A stretch of DNA of 14,109 nt from an uncultured delta proteobacterium (GTDB taxonomy: Bacteria; Desulfobacterota; Binatia; UBA9968): NCBI GenBank assembly GCA_963804165.1, contig CAWDPO010000021.1:1-14109 (forward strand), given 5' to 3'. The position numbers and the translations under genes were made by a program. Shown in pieces: positions 1-8,979 of this stretch (position 1 is its first letter; every line of letters starts with the position of its first letter). The notes below the pieces were generated by a model. It worked only from the letters and a program-made list of their open reading frames with translations. It was not told the origin of the DNA and did no database searches.

Positions 1-25
1 AGGGGGACCTACTGATCGCCAGTAA

Positions 26-691
26 ATGGGTCGGTTTGATGTCCGCGGTTTTCCTTCTAACGGCAGCAGCCGTACCGATCGGGTCGTCGTGATTGAGGAC
101 TGGTTGGCCCATGCGGTGAGCCGAAGAGGGATTCCTGCGGGCTGGAAGGGCGAAGCCTTTGGACAGCGTGCCGAGTACGATTTCACGATCGAGCAAGGCG
201 GCGGCAGGCGGGTTATCCACCTAGAGAGTCGAGACGAGCATTCGACCATCGCACGAGACATCACAGGCAAAGTGAACTTGAAAGAAACCCCGATTCTGGA
301 ATGGACCTGGAAGGCGACCATTCTCCCGACGGGCGGCGACCTGCGGCGGAAAGAAACCACGGATATGGCAGCCCAACTCTACGTCGTATGGCCGCGGGTT
401 CCCGCACTCCTTCGCTCGCGGATTATTGGATATGTCTGGGACGCGACGACTCCGGTCACAACGATTGTGCAGAGCCAGAAGACCGGGACGGTCACGTTTG
501 TGGTGATGCGGTCCGGGTCAGGGGATCTCGGTAAGTGGCTTACGGAACGTCGCAACGTCGTCGAAGATTATGCGAAGATCTACGGCGAATTCCCCGATAA
601 TCCCAGTGCCATTACGATTTCGATCGACTCGAATGACACCCACTCGACGGCCGAATCCTTTATGGGGCCGATCGTCTTTCGCGCACAGTGA
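26..691 (+). CDS. DUF3047 domain-containing protein (N-terminus probably frameshifted)
   Basis: Motifs recognised as DUF3047-like: 'LKETPILEWTWK', 'D..AQLYVVW', 'IGYVWD', 'WLTERRNVVEDY..IYG', 'IDSNDT'. A hydrophobic signal-like stretch (LIASKWVGLMSAVFLLTAAA, from nt 12) lies in another frame, so the true 5' end is uncertain. Confidence 0.85.
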   Translation: MGRFDVRGFPSNGSSRTDRVVVIEDWLAHAVSRRGIPAGWKGEAFGQRAEYDFTIEQGGGRRVIHLESRDEHSTIARDITGKVNLKETPILEWTWKATILPTGGDLRRKETTDMAAQLYVVWPRVPALLRSRIIGYVWDATTPVTTIVQSQKTGTVTFVVMRSGSGDLGKWLTERRNVVEDYAKIYGEFPDNPSAITISIDSNDTHSTAESFMGPIVFRAQ

Positions 692-1003
692 GAAACGCTT
701 TCATCGCATTGTCGATATAGCCGGAGATTTTATAGTTTGCCCCGATTCGTTCTGTCAGACGTGACCGCATTCGAATTATTGCCGAGTTTTCTTCTGGCAA
801 AGTAATGGCAAAATCGGAAAATGCGTCTGTATTATTGTGTAGTTATGCGTGCTACGAGAATCCCCAATCCTCGTGTCGGGCGGGATAGGATTGCGCTGGC
901 TGCGGAGGCGTTGAGCAAGCAAAAGGGGTGAGGCAATTGATTGTCCTTCAGATGGCGGATCAAATCGATCTCTCACCTAGAAATCCTTGTCCCGTTGCGT
1001 GGA

Positions 1004-2581
1004 CTACCTCTCTGGATAATGGTCTCTGATCCCGTCGGCTAGCAATTCATCGGGGAGCGTCGTGAACTTCGCTGCCGCATCTTTGAGCGCGCGATGCTCG
1101 ACGGCACGCGAAAGCATCTCGTTCTTGGTCGGCCCCTGCTTTTGTCCGAGGAAGGGTTTAACGATGAGGTAGACGACATCGCGAAGCGGCATGTGACGCA
1201 TGAAGCGCCGCAGCAATCGAAACGTCTGCACCGGATAGTGCGTTAATTTGTAGCGGAATATTTTGCGGAATCCGGCGCTTCGTTCGGCGTTGATTACCGG
1301 ACCCGGCAGGCAGGTCGGATCGATCTCCGAGCATTTAAAGTACTTGAACCAGTCCCTCGCATCGTCGACCAAGCCACGTCCCACGTACTCCTTCCACAGC
1401 GGCGTACCGCGGTAAACGCACAGCCGGTTAAATCCGAACGTGTCCAACCGGAGTTTGGCCGCAAAGTCGAACGTCGCGCGTATATCTTCGACGGTTTCGT
1501 CTGGATTGCCGACGACAAAAAAACCATGAACGATCTCGATTCCGGCTTGCTTGGCCTTGTTGACCGCTACCTTGACCTGCTCCAGCGTTTGATCTTTCCT
1601 TAATCGATCGAGTACTTTCTGGCTGCCGCTCTCGATCCCGAACATCAGCGTGCGACAATGGGCTTTCGCCATGGCTGGAAAAAGGTGCTGCGCGGTGGAA
1701 TCCACGCGACCCTCGCAGCCCCATTGGATGTTGATTCCGTTGTCGTTGATGCCCTTGCAGATCGCCTCGATACGCTTCGGTTGGAGGAGAAAATGATCGT
1801 CGACAAAATAGACCGCGCCATAATCCAGCGACTGCAAGTGCTTGAACTCGTCGACAACGTGCTGGGGGCTGCGTGAGCGCCACTTGCCTTCATTGAAGAT
1901 CGGGATATCGCAAAAAACGCACGGCCACGGACATCCACGCGAAGTCTGCATCGTGGTGAAGCGCTCCATCGACAGCACCGCAGGCACATCGAGGGGCATC
2001 GACTCGACAAAATCCAAAGGTAGGCTCTCTCGGTCCGGGAACGGCCATTGATCAAGGGCGCGATCCAGCGCACGATTCGGGTTGTGAACGGCGCGGCCAT
2101 CTTTTTCCCAAGTGAGACCCGCGACGTCGTCAGGATCATCCAATCTTTCGAGCAAATCGAGGATCAGCTGTTCGCCGTCGCCGCGGCACACGAAATTCAC
2201 CTCTGGACACTGCTGCTTGACGAGTTCGGCGTTCAACGTGGCAAACACGCCGCCAAAGGCCAGGCGGATACGGGAATCGGCGGCGCGAATTTGACGGGCG
2301 AGGATCTTGGCGTACGGGTAACTCGTCGTGCTCAAAAAACTCAACCCGACCAGGTCGGGTTGTTGTCTGCGAATCTCGTCAACAATGACCTCATTCGGTG
2401 TCTCCGGATTGGCCTGATCAAACATCACGCACTCGTGCCCGGCGCGTTTGACCACCGCGGAGAGCGACATGATCCCGATCGGCGGGAAACCCATCACCCG
2501 TATATTGCCGTTCTTTGCGCGGGTCGCCGCCGGTAGAGCATAGAACTGGGGGTCGCGTATATGGATAAGAAAAATCCGCAT
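1004..2581 (-). CDS. B12-binding domain / radical SAM protein (BchE / class B methyltransferase-like)
   Basis: 525 aa ORF. N-terminal cobalamin-binding-like domain (PPIGIMSLSA, PDLVGLS, GGVFAT, RGDGE), CxxxCxxC motif 'SRGCPWPCVFC', 'FVDDHF', 'GIESGSQKVL'. Substrate cannot be determined from sequence. Confidence 0.92.
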   Translation of the reverse strand: MRIFLIHIRDPQFYALPAATRAKNGNIRVMGFPPIGIMSLSAVVKRAGHECVMFDQANPETPNEVIVDEIRRQQPDLVGLSFLSTTSYPYAKILARQIRAADSRIRLAFGGVFATLNAELVKQQCPEVNFVCRGDGEQLILDLLERLDDPDDVAGLTWEKDGRAVHNPNRALDRALDQWPFPDRESLPLDFVESMPLDVPAVLSMERFTTMQTSRGCPWPCVFCDIPIFNEGKWRSRSPQHVVDEFKHLQSLDYGAVYFVDDHFLLQPKRIEAICKGINDNGINIQWGCEGRVDSTAQHLFPAMAKAHCRTLMFGIESGSQKVLDRLRKDQTLEQVKVAVNKAKQAGIEIVHGFFVVGNPDETVEDIRATFDFAAKLRLDTFGFNRLCVYRGTPLWKEYVGRGLVDDARDWFKYFKCSEIDPTCLPGPVINAERSAGFRKIFRYKLTHYPVQTFRLLRRFMRHMPLRDVVYLIVKPFLGQKQGPTKNEMLSRAVEHRALKDAAAKFTTLPDELLADGIRDHYPER

Positions 2582-3049
2582 AATGTCACCGCTGTTATGC
2601 TGATCTTTATCGCGATAGCTAGACCACAGTCAAGGACCGTAACTCTATTTGCAGTCGTAAAGGGTGCCGCTTGCTGAGCGTACGGGCGCCCCAGTAAATC
2701 AAACGCGCACGCGCGGTCTGCGTTTTCCTGAATGGTTCAGTTTATTTTCCAGAAGCGGTGCCGGCACTCTTCGCACCTGAGGGAATGGTCACCACGGCTT
2801 GCGACGGCTGGGCTGGCAGGTGCTCCGCTTCGGCCCGCTCGACTGGCATTGTTGAAGCGGAATCGACTCGATATCGAAACCGGTCATGGCGGGGTGGCGA
2901 GGCTTCGCTTTGCCGAAGCCTTACCACCCGTGCCCGTGGGACGTGAACGCCGCAGCCGTGCCCGACTCCAGCAAACGTAAACCGTGATCGCTTCGCCCTT
3001 GCGTCGTTGATCGCGGCTACATGTCCGCTGGCCGGTGTTCATACCCCGC

Positions 3050-3457
3050 TCAGTCGTATCCCCAAACTTTGATGGTGGCCGTCGGTTTATTATCGAGGAT
3101 CTTGTACTGGACCGCCACCGACGTGAGGGTCGCCTCGCGTCCTGGAGCGTCCTTCTCAGCCGTTTGTCCTCCCGACTTCACGACTCCGACCTTCGTGATG
3201 GTGTCGTCCTTACGACCCTTCCAGCGGAGGACGACCTTCGTGATCTCCACGTCACCGCCCTCGACCGAGATCTTCATCTTCTTGATGTCCTCCTTCCACA
3301 TCTTCCCCGCTTCGGCCTTGATGTCCGTGCTTGGATCGGTGGCCTTGACCATCTTCTCGCTTAGCACGAACCACTCGTCAGCGCTGGCGCTGCCAAGGGC
3401 GACCAGCGAGAGGACCGATGCGAAGCCAACGGCCCTCCCTAGATATCCTATCTTCAT
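3050..3457 (-). CDS. Secreted beta-rich hypothetical protein (DUF2541/YaaI-like)
   Basis: 135 aa. AGGAG RBS upstream of ATG, signal peptide ending ASA-D, C-terminal 'ATIKVWG'. Family assignment is by resemblance only. Confidence 0.75.
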   Translation of the reverse strand: MKIGYLGRAVGFASVLSLVALGSASADEWFVLSEKMVKATDPSTDIKAEAGKMWKEDIKKMKISVEGGDVEITKVVLRWKGRKDDTITKVGVVKSGGQTAEKDAPGREATLTSVAVQYKILDNKPTATIKVWGYD

Positions 3458-3741
3458 CGTTTCTCCTGTCCTTTCTGATCCCCGTTAGCCGGAGATCGTT
3501 GCGCCTACCGCTTAATGCGAGTTGCACAGCCGTGGGACCTGTCTATAAATTTAAACAACCTTTTTCTTTTACTATCTCTAACGGACTCACTCTTTGCTGA
3601 CTATCAGGGGTTTACTGATTTCTTGATACGATTTCCCTTAGTCTCGGCGAATCGGCAATGCCAAGAGTTGAAAGAGAAATCCGACCGTAAAGAGGCGACA
3701 GAATAATTTTGGCCGATTTCTCGGGGGTTTGTGCGCTCTTC

Positions 3742-3921
3742 GATTTGTTCCAACGGGCCGCAACTTATGTGGACAAAATCCTCAAAGGCGCCAAACCCGC
3801 CGATGTTCCCGTCGAGCAGCCGACGAAGTTAGAGTTCATCGTCAAACTCAGAGCGGCCAAGTAAATTGGCCTGACGATTCCGCCGAATGTGCTGGCGAGG
3901 GCGGACAGGGTGATCAAGTGA
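3742..3921 (+). pseudogene. Orphan 3' fragment of ABC transporter substrate-binding protein (ABC_sub_bind type)
   Basis: Translates [58 protein letters not shown]. Internal TAA at 3862-3864 and no upstream coding region. Homologous to 5311-5484. Confidence 0.9.
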
Positions 3922-3950
3922 GCAAAAGAAAACAAAGCAGCGATGCTAGG

Positions 3951-4016
3951 ATTGAGCTGTATTCTCCATCAACGCAATTTCGCGTCACATCATATTGAAG
4001 CGTCGTTCAGTTCAAT
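3951..4016 (+). repeat. Paired-site element copy 1 (subtype A)
   Basis: ATTGAGCTGTA-TTCTCC-ATCAACGCAAT / TTCGCGTCAC / ATCATATTGAA-GCGTCG-TTCAGTTCAAT. Flanks AGG...CCT extend the inverted repeat. Confidence 0.92.
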
Positions 4017-4162
4017 CCTGCGCTGAAAATAGCCTTTCCCGCACGGTGAATTGGGATTATCGAATTTAACCGGATATTGGACAGTTTCTGACGGCCAGCC
4101 GAGGGAGTAACGCTGTGTCCAAAGTTCAGTGGAAGGCGACCGAACTAAAAAGTTTACCAGGG

Positions 4163-4348
4163 TTACCGCTGATGCCGCCAAAAACGTGGCAGCAATAGCG
4201 GCCCACGTGCAGCTCGAAGAATAAAATTCGGCTTCGGCTTGTCCTTTTGCTGCTCAAGACTCTCGAGCCACTGGTCTAACGCCTTGCCTTGAATATCGAA
4301 AATCATCCGGCGTCGACGCCGTTTGCTAAACGACCGAAGGTTTATCAT
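4163..4348 (-). CDS. Possible small basic hypothetical protein
   Basis: 61 aa ORF from the ORF track, in otherwise unexplained space. No recognised motif. Confidence 0.2.
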   Translation of the reverse strand: MINLRSFSKRRRRRMIFDIQGKALDQWLESLEQQKDKPKPNFILRAARGPLLLPRFWRHQR

Positions 4349-4506
4349 CGGATCCTAATTTGACCACGATGTCGGGGATGGTGCAATGCATTTGTATGAA
4401 ATGAAGATGGAGAGACCGCTCGGTGAATCTGGTTCTCTTTCTGCCGTAAATAACACTTTTCTCAGCTTCCGTATCCGTGATAAAAGCCACAAGAACGAGT
4501 TATGCA

Positions 4507-5484
4507 ATGAAGAGAGCTGCGCCGCTATCCCATCCTGTTTGCAGTGATACTGTTTGCGGTTGCGGGATCGCCGAGGCGCAGCAGCCGAAAACATCTCGGA
4601 TAGGCGTGTTGGTTGCCGGCTCGGTTTCGACCCACAAGAGCCGCGACGATGCTTTCCGTCAGGGTCTGCGTGAACTTGGGTACACTGAGGGAAAGAACAT
4701 TGTCATTGAGTATCGATATGCAGAGGGCAATCTCAGTCGATACCCTGAGCTTGCTAATGAGATGGCCCGCCTGAAACCGGATGTTATCGTTGTAGCAAGC
4801 ACCAGGTTCACGGCTGCCGCCAAACAGGCCACCAGCACGATTCCGATCGTCGTTGGAGGAGCTGGCGATATTCTTGGCGAAGGGCTGGTTGCCAGTCTCG
4901 CCCGGCCGGGTGGAAACATTACGGGTTCAACCAACATTTCCCCGGACTTGAGCGGAAAACGACTGGAATTGCTAAAGGAAGTCGTTCCGAAAGCCTCGCG
5001 AATAGCCGTCCTTTGGACTGTCGGTCCGGACGCCAAGGAAGTAAAAGAGACAGAAATTGCTGCCCAGGCGTTTGGCCTGAAGGTTCAGTCACTACAAGTA
5101 CGAGACCCAAACGAGTTTCAGGCCGCCTATGCTGCGATGAGGAAAGAAAATGCCCATGCGCTCATCCTTATTCAGGGGAGCTTCACTTTGTTTCACCGAA
5201 AACAGCTCGTCGGGCTAGCGGCCGAGAATCGACTGCCCACGATGTGTGAATCGCCATCATGGACAGACGACGGTTGCCTCTTATCGTATGGGCCGGATTC
5301 GCTGTACTAATGGCGGCGCGCTGCGGTCTTCGTCGACAAGATTCTCAAGGGCACCAAGCCGGCTGATCTACCCGTTGAGCAGCCGATGAAGTTCGAGCTG
5401 GTGATCAATTTGAAAACGGCGAAGCAGATCGGCCTAACGATTCCGCCCAACGTACTGGCGAGAGCGGACAAAGTGATCAAGTAA
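4507..5484 (+). pseudogene. ABC transporter substrate-binding protein (ABC_sub_bind family), disrupted
   Basis: Family motifs AEAQQPK..RIGVL, FRQGLRELGYTEGKNIVIEYRYAEG, GLVASLARPGGNITG, GKRLELLKE. In-frame TAA at 5308-5310, after which the frame continues [14 protein letters not shown]...ADKVIK* to 5484. Signal peptide scrambled by +1/-1 indels at ~4531 and ~4566. Confidence 0.9.
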
Positions 5485-5491
5485 CGCCAGA

Positions 5492-5555
5492 ATTGAATTG
5501 AATTCTCCTACTAACAAATTCTGTGAGATTTGATCGTTGCGTCGTTCAGTTCAAT
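5492..5555 (+). repeat. Paired-site element copy 2 (subtype B)
   Basis: ATTGAATTGAA-TTCTCC-TACTAACAAAT / TCTGTGAG / ATTTGATCGTT-GCGTCG-TTCAGTTCAAT. Flanks CAGA...TCTG are complementary. Confidence 0.9.
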
Positions 5556-5728
5556 TCTGCCGGTGTTTGTTGGCTGTGGTCTGGAGGAAAATAGGCTGCG
5601 GATCGTTAGGGAGATAGGCCGCCGAGGTTGACAGCGTTTGCAGGCCACAAAGTTGTTGACAAGGGGGGGTATCTGAAGGATATTCCAAACCCCTATGTTT
5701 CCCAACCCACGCTGAAAGGAGCGTTTGA

Positions 5729-6202
5729 ATGAAATCACTCACCTTGATTGCACTTGTTGGTTACGCGATCCTTGCAGGATCTGCCTCCAACGCGGCCCAG
5801 GCCACACGAACGGAAAGTTGCAAGGTCACCACCGAAAAGGAGATCGCATCGTTGTTTGACCGGTGGAATCAGTCGTTGCAGACTGGCGATCCGCATAAGG
5901 TCGTTGCCAACTATGCGGAACGCTCCATTCTGTTGCCTACCGTTTCGAACAAACCACGCTTGACCCCGGCGGAAAGAGAAGATTACTTTCATCATTTCCT
6001 AGCGGATCGCCCCTCCGGAAAGATTGATCTGCGCTTCGTAGAGATCGGCTGCAACACCGCCGTTGACGCTGGCCTCTACACATTTACGTTCGCCAAGACA
6101 GGCGCAGTAGTCAGTGGCCGCTATAGCTATACGTATCGCTGGGATGGTTCGAAGTGGCTCATTACCAGCCATCACTCCTCCGCGATGCCAGAGAAGAAGT
6201 AG
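5729..6202 (+). CDS. SgcJ/EcaC family NTF2-like secreted protein (DUF4440 / CaMKII association-domain-like)
   Basis: AAAGGAG RBS at 5715-5721 and signal peptide. Motifs 'IASLFDRWN.SLQTGDP', 'LLPTVSN', 'DAGLYTF', 'RYSYTY', 'WLITSHHSSAMPE'. Confidence 0.9.
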   Translation: MKSLTLIALVGYAILAGSASNAAQATRTESCKVTTEKEIASLFDRWNQSLQTGDPHKVVANYAERSILLPTVSNKPRLTPAEREDYFHHFLADRPSGKIDLRFVEIGCNTAVDAGLYTFTFAKTGAVVSGRYSYTYRWDGSKWLITSHHSSAMPEKK

Positions 6203-6210
6203 TGACAGGG

Positions 6211-6238
6211 GTATAACCCTTCGTTGCAGCGGACTGCC
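6211..6238 (+). other. Left half of an integron attC-like site (truncated)
   Basis: GTATAAC-CCTTC-GTTGCAG-CGGACTGCC starting 9 nt after the stop of 5729..6202. Matches the R''-5 nt-L'' layout of attC; the right half is replaced by the substrate-binding gene tail. Confidence 0.55.
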
Positions 6239-6396
6239 GCTTATGTCGACAAGATTCTGAAGGGCGCCAAGCCCGCCGATCTGCCAGTCGAGCAACCGAC
6301 CAGTTTGAGTTTGTGATCAATCTGAAAACGGCAAAGCAGATCGGTCTGACAATTCCGCCCCGCGTGCTCGAGCGGGCGAATCAGGTGATCAAGTAA
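6236..6396 (+). pseudogene. Orphan 3' fragment of ABC transporter substrate-binding protein
   Basis: [22 protein letters not shown]-(1-nt deletion ~6301)[30 protein letters not shown]. Confidence 0.9.
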
Positions 6397-6423
6397 CCGA
6401 ACAAAGCGACGCGGCGAGCTAGG

Positions 6424-6485
6424 ATTGAATTGTATTCTCCAACGACTTAATCCTACAAGACGCGACTGTTGCGTTCCAGTTCAAT
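6424..6485 (+). repeat. Paired-site element copy 3 (subtype B, 2-bp deletion in right core)
   Basis: ATTGAATTGTA-TTCTCC-AACGACTTAAT / CCTACAAG / ACGCGACTGTT-GCGT-TCCAGTTCAAT. Flanks AGG...CCT. Confidence 0.88.
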
Positions 6486-6610
6486 CCTGCGGCGATAATA
6501 AGCTTGACTTTGATCGAACTGATAAAATAGCGTGGGCTAGCCAGAGTGTGTTGGGTTTTTCAGAATCATTCGACGAAGCCTAAAATCTCTTTACGTTGAA
6601 GAGGTGCGCG

Positions 6611-7525
6611 ATGCTTTCGCACAATTACTCCTACCAGGAATGTCTCGACAATTCCAAGAAGGTAGCGTGGAAAGAGGACGATGTTTTTGCAGGGAAGAAT
6701 TTCGATTTCTCGAAGCGTTTCCTGCCGAATCGATTGAGCGGTGTTGACAACATCACATGTCTGAACGACAACGAGAAGCGCCAGTTGAACCAGATCATGG
6801 GCAACGCCTACTGCCATATCTTCGCTTTCGTGGAGGAATTTATTATTCCCATGGTGACGCAAGCGGCGTTGAAGGACGCCTACGGGGAGAAAGTCAGGCT
6901 CCGTTCGCTGCTGCGGTTCGCAGAGGAGGAACTCAAGCATCAGGAGCTCTTTCGCCGCGCGGTGGTCTTGTTCGACCAAGGTTTCGGCGCGCAGTGCGGC
7001 TTAATCCCCGGTCGGGAGGATGTGGCGAAGGTCGTCCTGAGCAAGTCGGTGCTGGCCGCGCTGTACTTGACCACGGTAATCGAATGGTTTACCCAGCTCC
7101 ATTACGTCGAACACGTGCGTGATGCCTCGGGTCTCGATGAGCTGTTCCGCGATCTTTTGAGATTTCATTGGATGGAAGAGGCACAACACGCCAAACTTGA
7201 CACCATGCTAATCGACGAGATTGCGGAGACGGCGACCCTCGAGGAGCGAGAAACTGCTGTCGATGAGCTCCTCGAACTTGGGGGAGCTATCGACGGGTTA
7301 CTGTTGCAGCAGATCCAGCTGAACATAGAGACTCTGCAGAACGTGACCGGCCGCAAGTTCACGGAAGCCGAGAAAGAGGAGATTTCGACAAAGACCCATC
7401 GCGCCTGGAGATGGACTTTCCTGGTATCGGGATTGGAGCATCCCAACTTTGTCAAACTCGTCAACGAGTTGACGACAGAAGGACCGGAAAAGATCAAGGG
7501 CGCCGCGAAAGCGCTTTCCGCCTAG
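6611..7525 (+). CDS. Ferritin-like diiron protein (AurF-like diiron oxygenase superfamily)
   Basis: Paired E...ExxH motifs: FVEEFI / EEELKHQ and IEWFTQ / HWMEEAQH. ATG at 6611 is preceded by GAGGTG (the ORF track starts at TTG 6596). Confidence 0.82.
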   Translation: MLSHNYSYQECLDNSKKVAWKEDDVFAGKNFDFSKRFLPNRLSGVDNITCLNDNEKRQLNQIMGNAYCHIFAFVEEFIIPMVTQAALKDAYGEKVRLRSLLRFAEEELKHQELFRRAVVLFDQGFGAQCGLIPGREDVAKVVLSKSVLAALYLTTVIEWFTQLHYVEHVRDASGLDELFRDLLRFHWMEEAQHAKLDTMLIDEIAETATLEERETAVDELLELGGAIDGLLLQQIQLNIETLQNVTGRKFTEAEKEEISTKTHRAWRWTFLVSGLEHPNFVKLVNELTTEGPEKIKGAAKALSA

Positions 7526-7645
7526 CATGACCTGGCCACCAAAGCAAAAACTGGAAAAAAGAAACGCTGAGGCAAGACCTTCCGAGGGAAACAATTGATG
7601 TGCGGTCATCACGTTTCTCAATCACAGGCGATTGTGCTGCCGCTT

Positions 7646-7702
7646 CACCAACTCCTCGGGTTGAGACCGACGCTCGAAGCACCGCTCACCCGAACGTTAC
7701 GA
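7646..7702 (+). other. Degenerate integron attC-like site
   Basis: CACCAAC-TCCTC-GGGTTGAG...CTCACCC-GAAC-GTTACGA. TCGGGTTGAG pairs with CTCACCCGA leaving one extrahelical base, with AAC/GTT ends. Runs directly into element copy 4. Confidence 0.55.
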
Positions 7703-7767
7703 TTGAACTGCATTCTCCATCAACGCAATCTCGCGTCACATCGGACTGAAGCGGCGTTCAGTTGAAT
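7702..7767 (+). repeat. Paired-site element copy 4 (subtype A)
   Basis: ATTGAACTGCA-TTCTCC-ATCAACGCAAT / CTCGCGTCAC / ATCGGACTGAA-GCGGCG-TTCAGTTGAAT. Confidence 0.92.
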
Positions 7768-7913
7768 ATGCCCCGTGTCGCAGCGCACCGTCACGAGCGT
7801 AAAAGCGCCCTTCGCTTTCCCCCTCGTTTATCTGCGTCTTGAGCGGCTGGTGAATTAAAACCCCGCTCTTGGCTGGGAGTCAACTTTGAACAACATTGGA
7901 TAGTGATGCAGTT

Positions 7914-8105
7914 TCAAGTTTGATTCTGCATCGACGGGCACGGCGTATCCCCATAGGAACAAAACACGCAGCAATCACCCGCCTTGGCTTTCATCAGTTC
8001 GTGGCACGATTTGCACTCGTAGAAAAACTGGCAATAATCCACCGGCATCGCTACTCGCTCTACATGGCCACAGTTCGGGCATTTCAAGTTGCTTTCGGTT
8101 TGCAT
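7914..8105 (-). CDS. GDCCVxC domain-containing Cys-rich small protein
   Basis: 63 aa with CPNCGH, CQFFYECKSC, KAGDCCVFCSYG, CPS. The stop codon lies inside the terminal inverted repeat. Confidence 0.9.
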   Translation of the reverse strand: MQTESNLKCPNCGHVERVAMPVDYCQFFYECKSCHELMKAKAGDCCVFCSYGDTPCPSMQNQT

Positions 8106-8110
8106 GCTCT

Positions 8111-8182
8111 TTATCCGATTAAATTGACTATATCAGAGATTTCCCAAACCTTGTTAGTTACTCCCGCTTCCATTGCTGGATT
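8111..8182 (-). pseudogene. C-terminal remnant of IS1-family transposase
   Basis: Reads NPAMEAGVTNKVWEISDIVNLIG*, resembling the 'TPAMxAGxxxxxWxxxxIV' C-terminus of these transposases. It lies between the TIR and the passenger gene. Confidence 0.7.
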
Positions 8183-8220
8183 TTATTTTTCCTGAAATTG
8201 AAACTGCATCACTACCCAAC

Positions 8221-8248
8221 ATTGCGTTGAAGCGTCGTTCAGTTCTAT
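8221..8248 (+). repeat. Element copy 5 (right-hand site only)
   Basis: ATTGCGTTGAA-GCGTCG-TTCAGTTCTAT. Its first 4 nt overlap the IS target duplication. Confidence 0.88.
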
Positions 8249-8410
8249 CTCGGGCCAAATCTGGTTTTGTCACTCGACGAATGTTTCAAGACAGGACAAC
8301 ATTTGGACACGGAGCCGGATCGGATTGACAGCATCGAAGGCGGGTACACTAGAAGAGCAGTCGGGATGATTCGCAAGACTACCTCACCCGATGACACTTG
8401 TTTCTGCGTT

Positions 8411-8911
8411 TCACTTTTCGGATTTACCGAAATTTTTAATCCAGGATGCACCCGTCTCTTCGAGTGCGGAGCGAATCGCATTGCCATGGGCCGGGAAAGT
8501 GCTCGCGGCTTCAGCCCTCGTCGAGGCTTGAGCACGACTGCGGGATATTAAAACCAATTCCACATCCGTGGTCTTTTTTGAAGTGACGCTCACCGTCGCA
8601 ACTTCCGGCTCGAAGGCTACCCTGCTGACCTTTAGGATGTAACTGCCGGGCTCCAAGTCTTTTTTCACGTAGCGACCTTGGCGATCGGTCTGAGAAGTGC
8701 CAAGCAAAACCTTTTGTGAGGTCAAAAGCTCCACGTGCGCGCGCGGAACAGGTGCCCCACCTTGCTCGCGCACGACAGCTGCGATGTCGCCCGGAGCAGA
8801 CGGGAAAAAATTGTAGGCTCCGACGACGGAAGCAACTGAGCCGCCAAGAATCCCTATCCAGGTATTGATTCTTTTCAGCCATAAATCGTGTCGGGTTTCT
8901 GCAGCGCCCAT
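8411..8911 (-). CDS. Membrane-anchored carboxypeptidase-regulatory-like (prealbumin-like fold) domain protein
   Basis: ATG at 8911 with GAGG RBS and an N-terminal TM (WIGILGGSVASVVGAY). Motifs 'V.EQGGAPVPRAHVEL', 'TDRQGRY..KDLEPGSYILKVS..AF'. Confidence 0.8.
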   Translation of the reverse strand: MGAAETRHDLWLKRINTWIGILGGSVASVVGAYNFFPSAPGDIAAVVREQGGAPVPRAHVELLTSQKVLLGTSQTDRQGRYVKKDLEPGSYILKVSRVAFEPEVATVSVTSKKTTDVELVLISRSRAQASTRAEAASTFPAHGNAIRSALEETGASWIKNFGKSEK

Positions 8912-8964
8912 AAAGACCTCTATTGAAATTGACTGTCTCGATTGCCTTGGGACCCATGTCTTGC

Positions 8965-8979
8965 GCAAGCAACATGCCA
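8965..8979 (-). promoter_or_regulatory. Putative sigma-54 -24/-12 promoter
   Basis: Minus strand TGGCATG-TTGC-TTGC matches TGGCAC/TG-N4-TTGC, ~54 nt upstream of the ATG at 8911. Confidence 0.6.

Larger units (their letters stand above)
7899..8216 (-). mobile_element. Non-autonomous IS1-family derivative (318 bp) with passenger gene
   Basis: 19-bp terminal inverted repeats GATAGTGATGCAGTTTCAA (7899-7917) and TTGAAACTGCATCACTACC (8198-8216), 18/19 match. 8-bp direct repeat CAACATTG at 7891-7898 and 8217-8224. The GGTAGTG end and 8-bp duplication fit the IS1 family. Confidence 0.85.

Noticed and set aside
1294-2536. Multiple short ORFs overlapping the radical SAM gene
   Set aside because: Alternative-frame or antisense shadows in GC-rich coding DNA.
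2732-3020. Short ORFs between the radical SAM and DUF2541-like genes
   Set aside because: No recognisable motif, RBS or consistent frame.
5999-6295. 98-aa minus-strand ORF ([17 protein letters not shown]...)
   Set aside because: Antisense shadow of the substrate-binding tail and the SgcJ/EcaC gene.
6504-6528. TTGACT...TAAAAT sigma-70 promoter for the diiron gene
   Set aside because: Spacer is only 13 nt.
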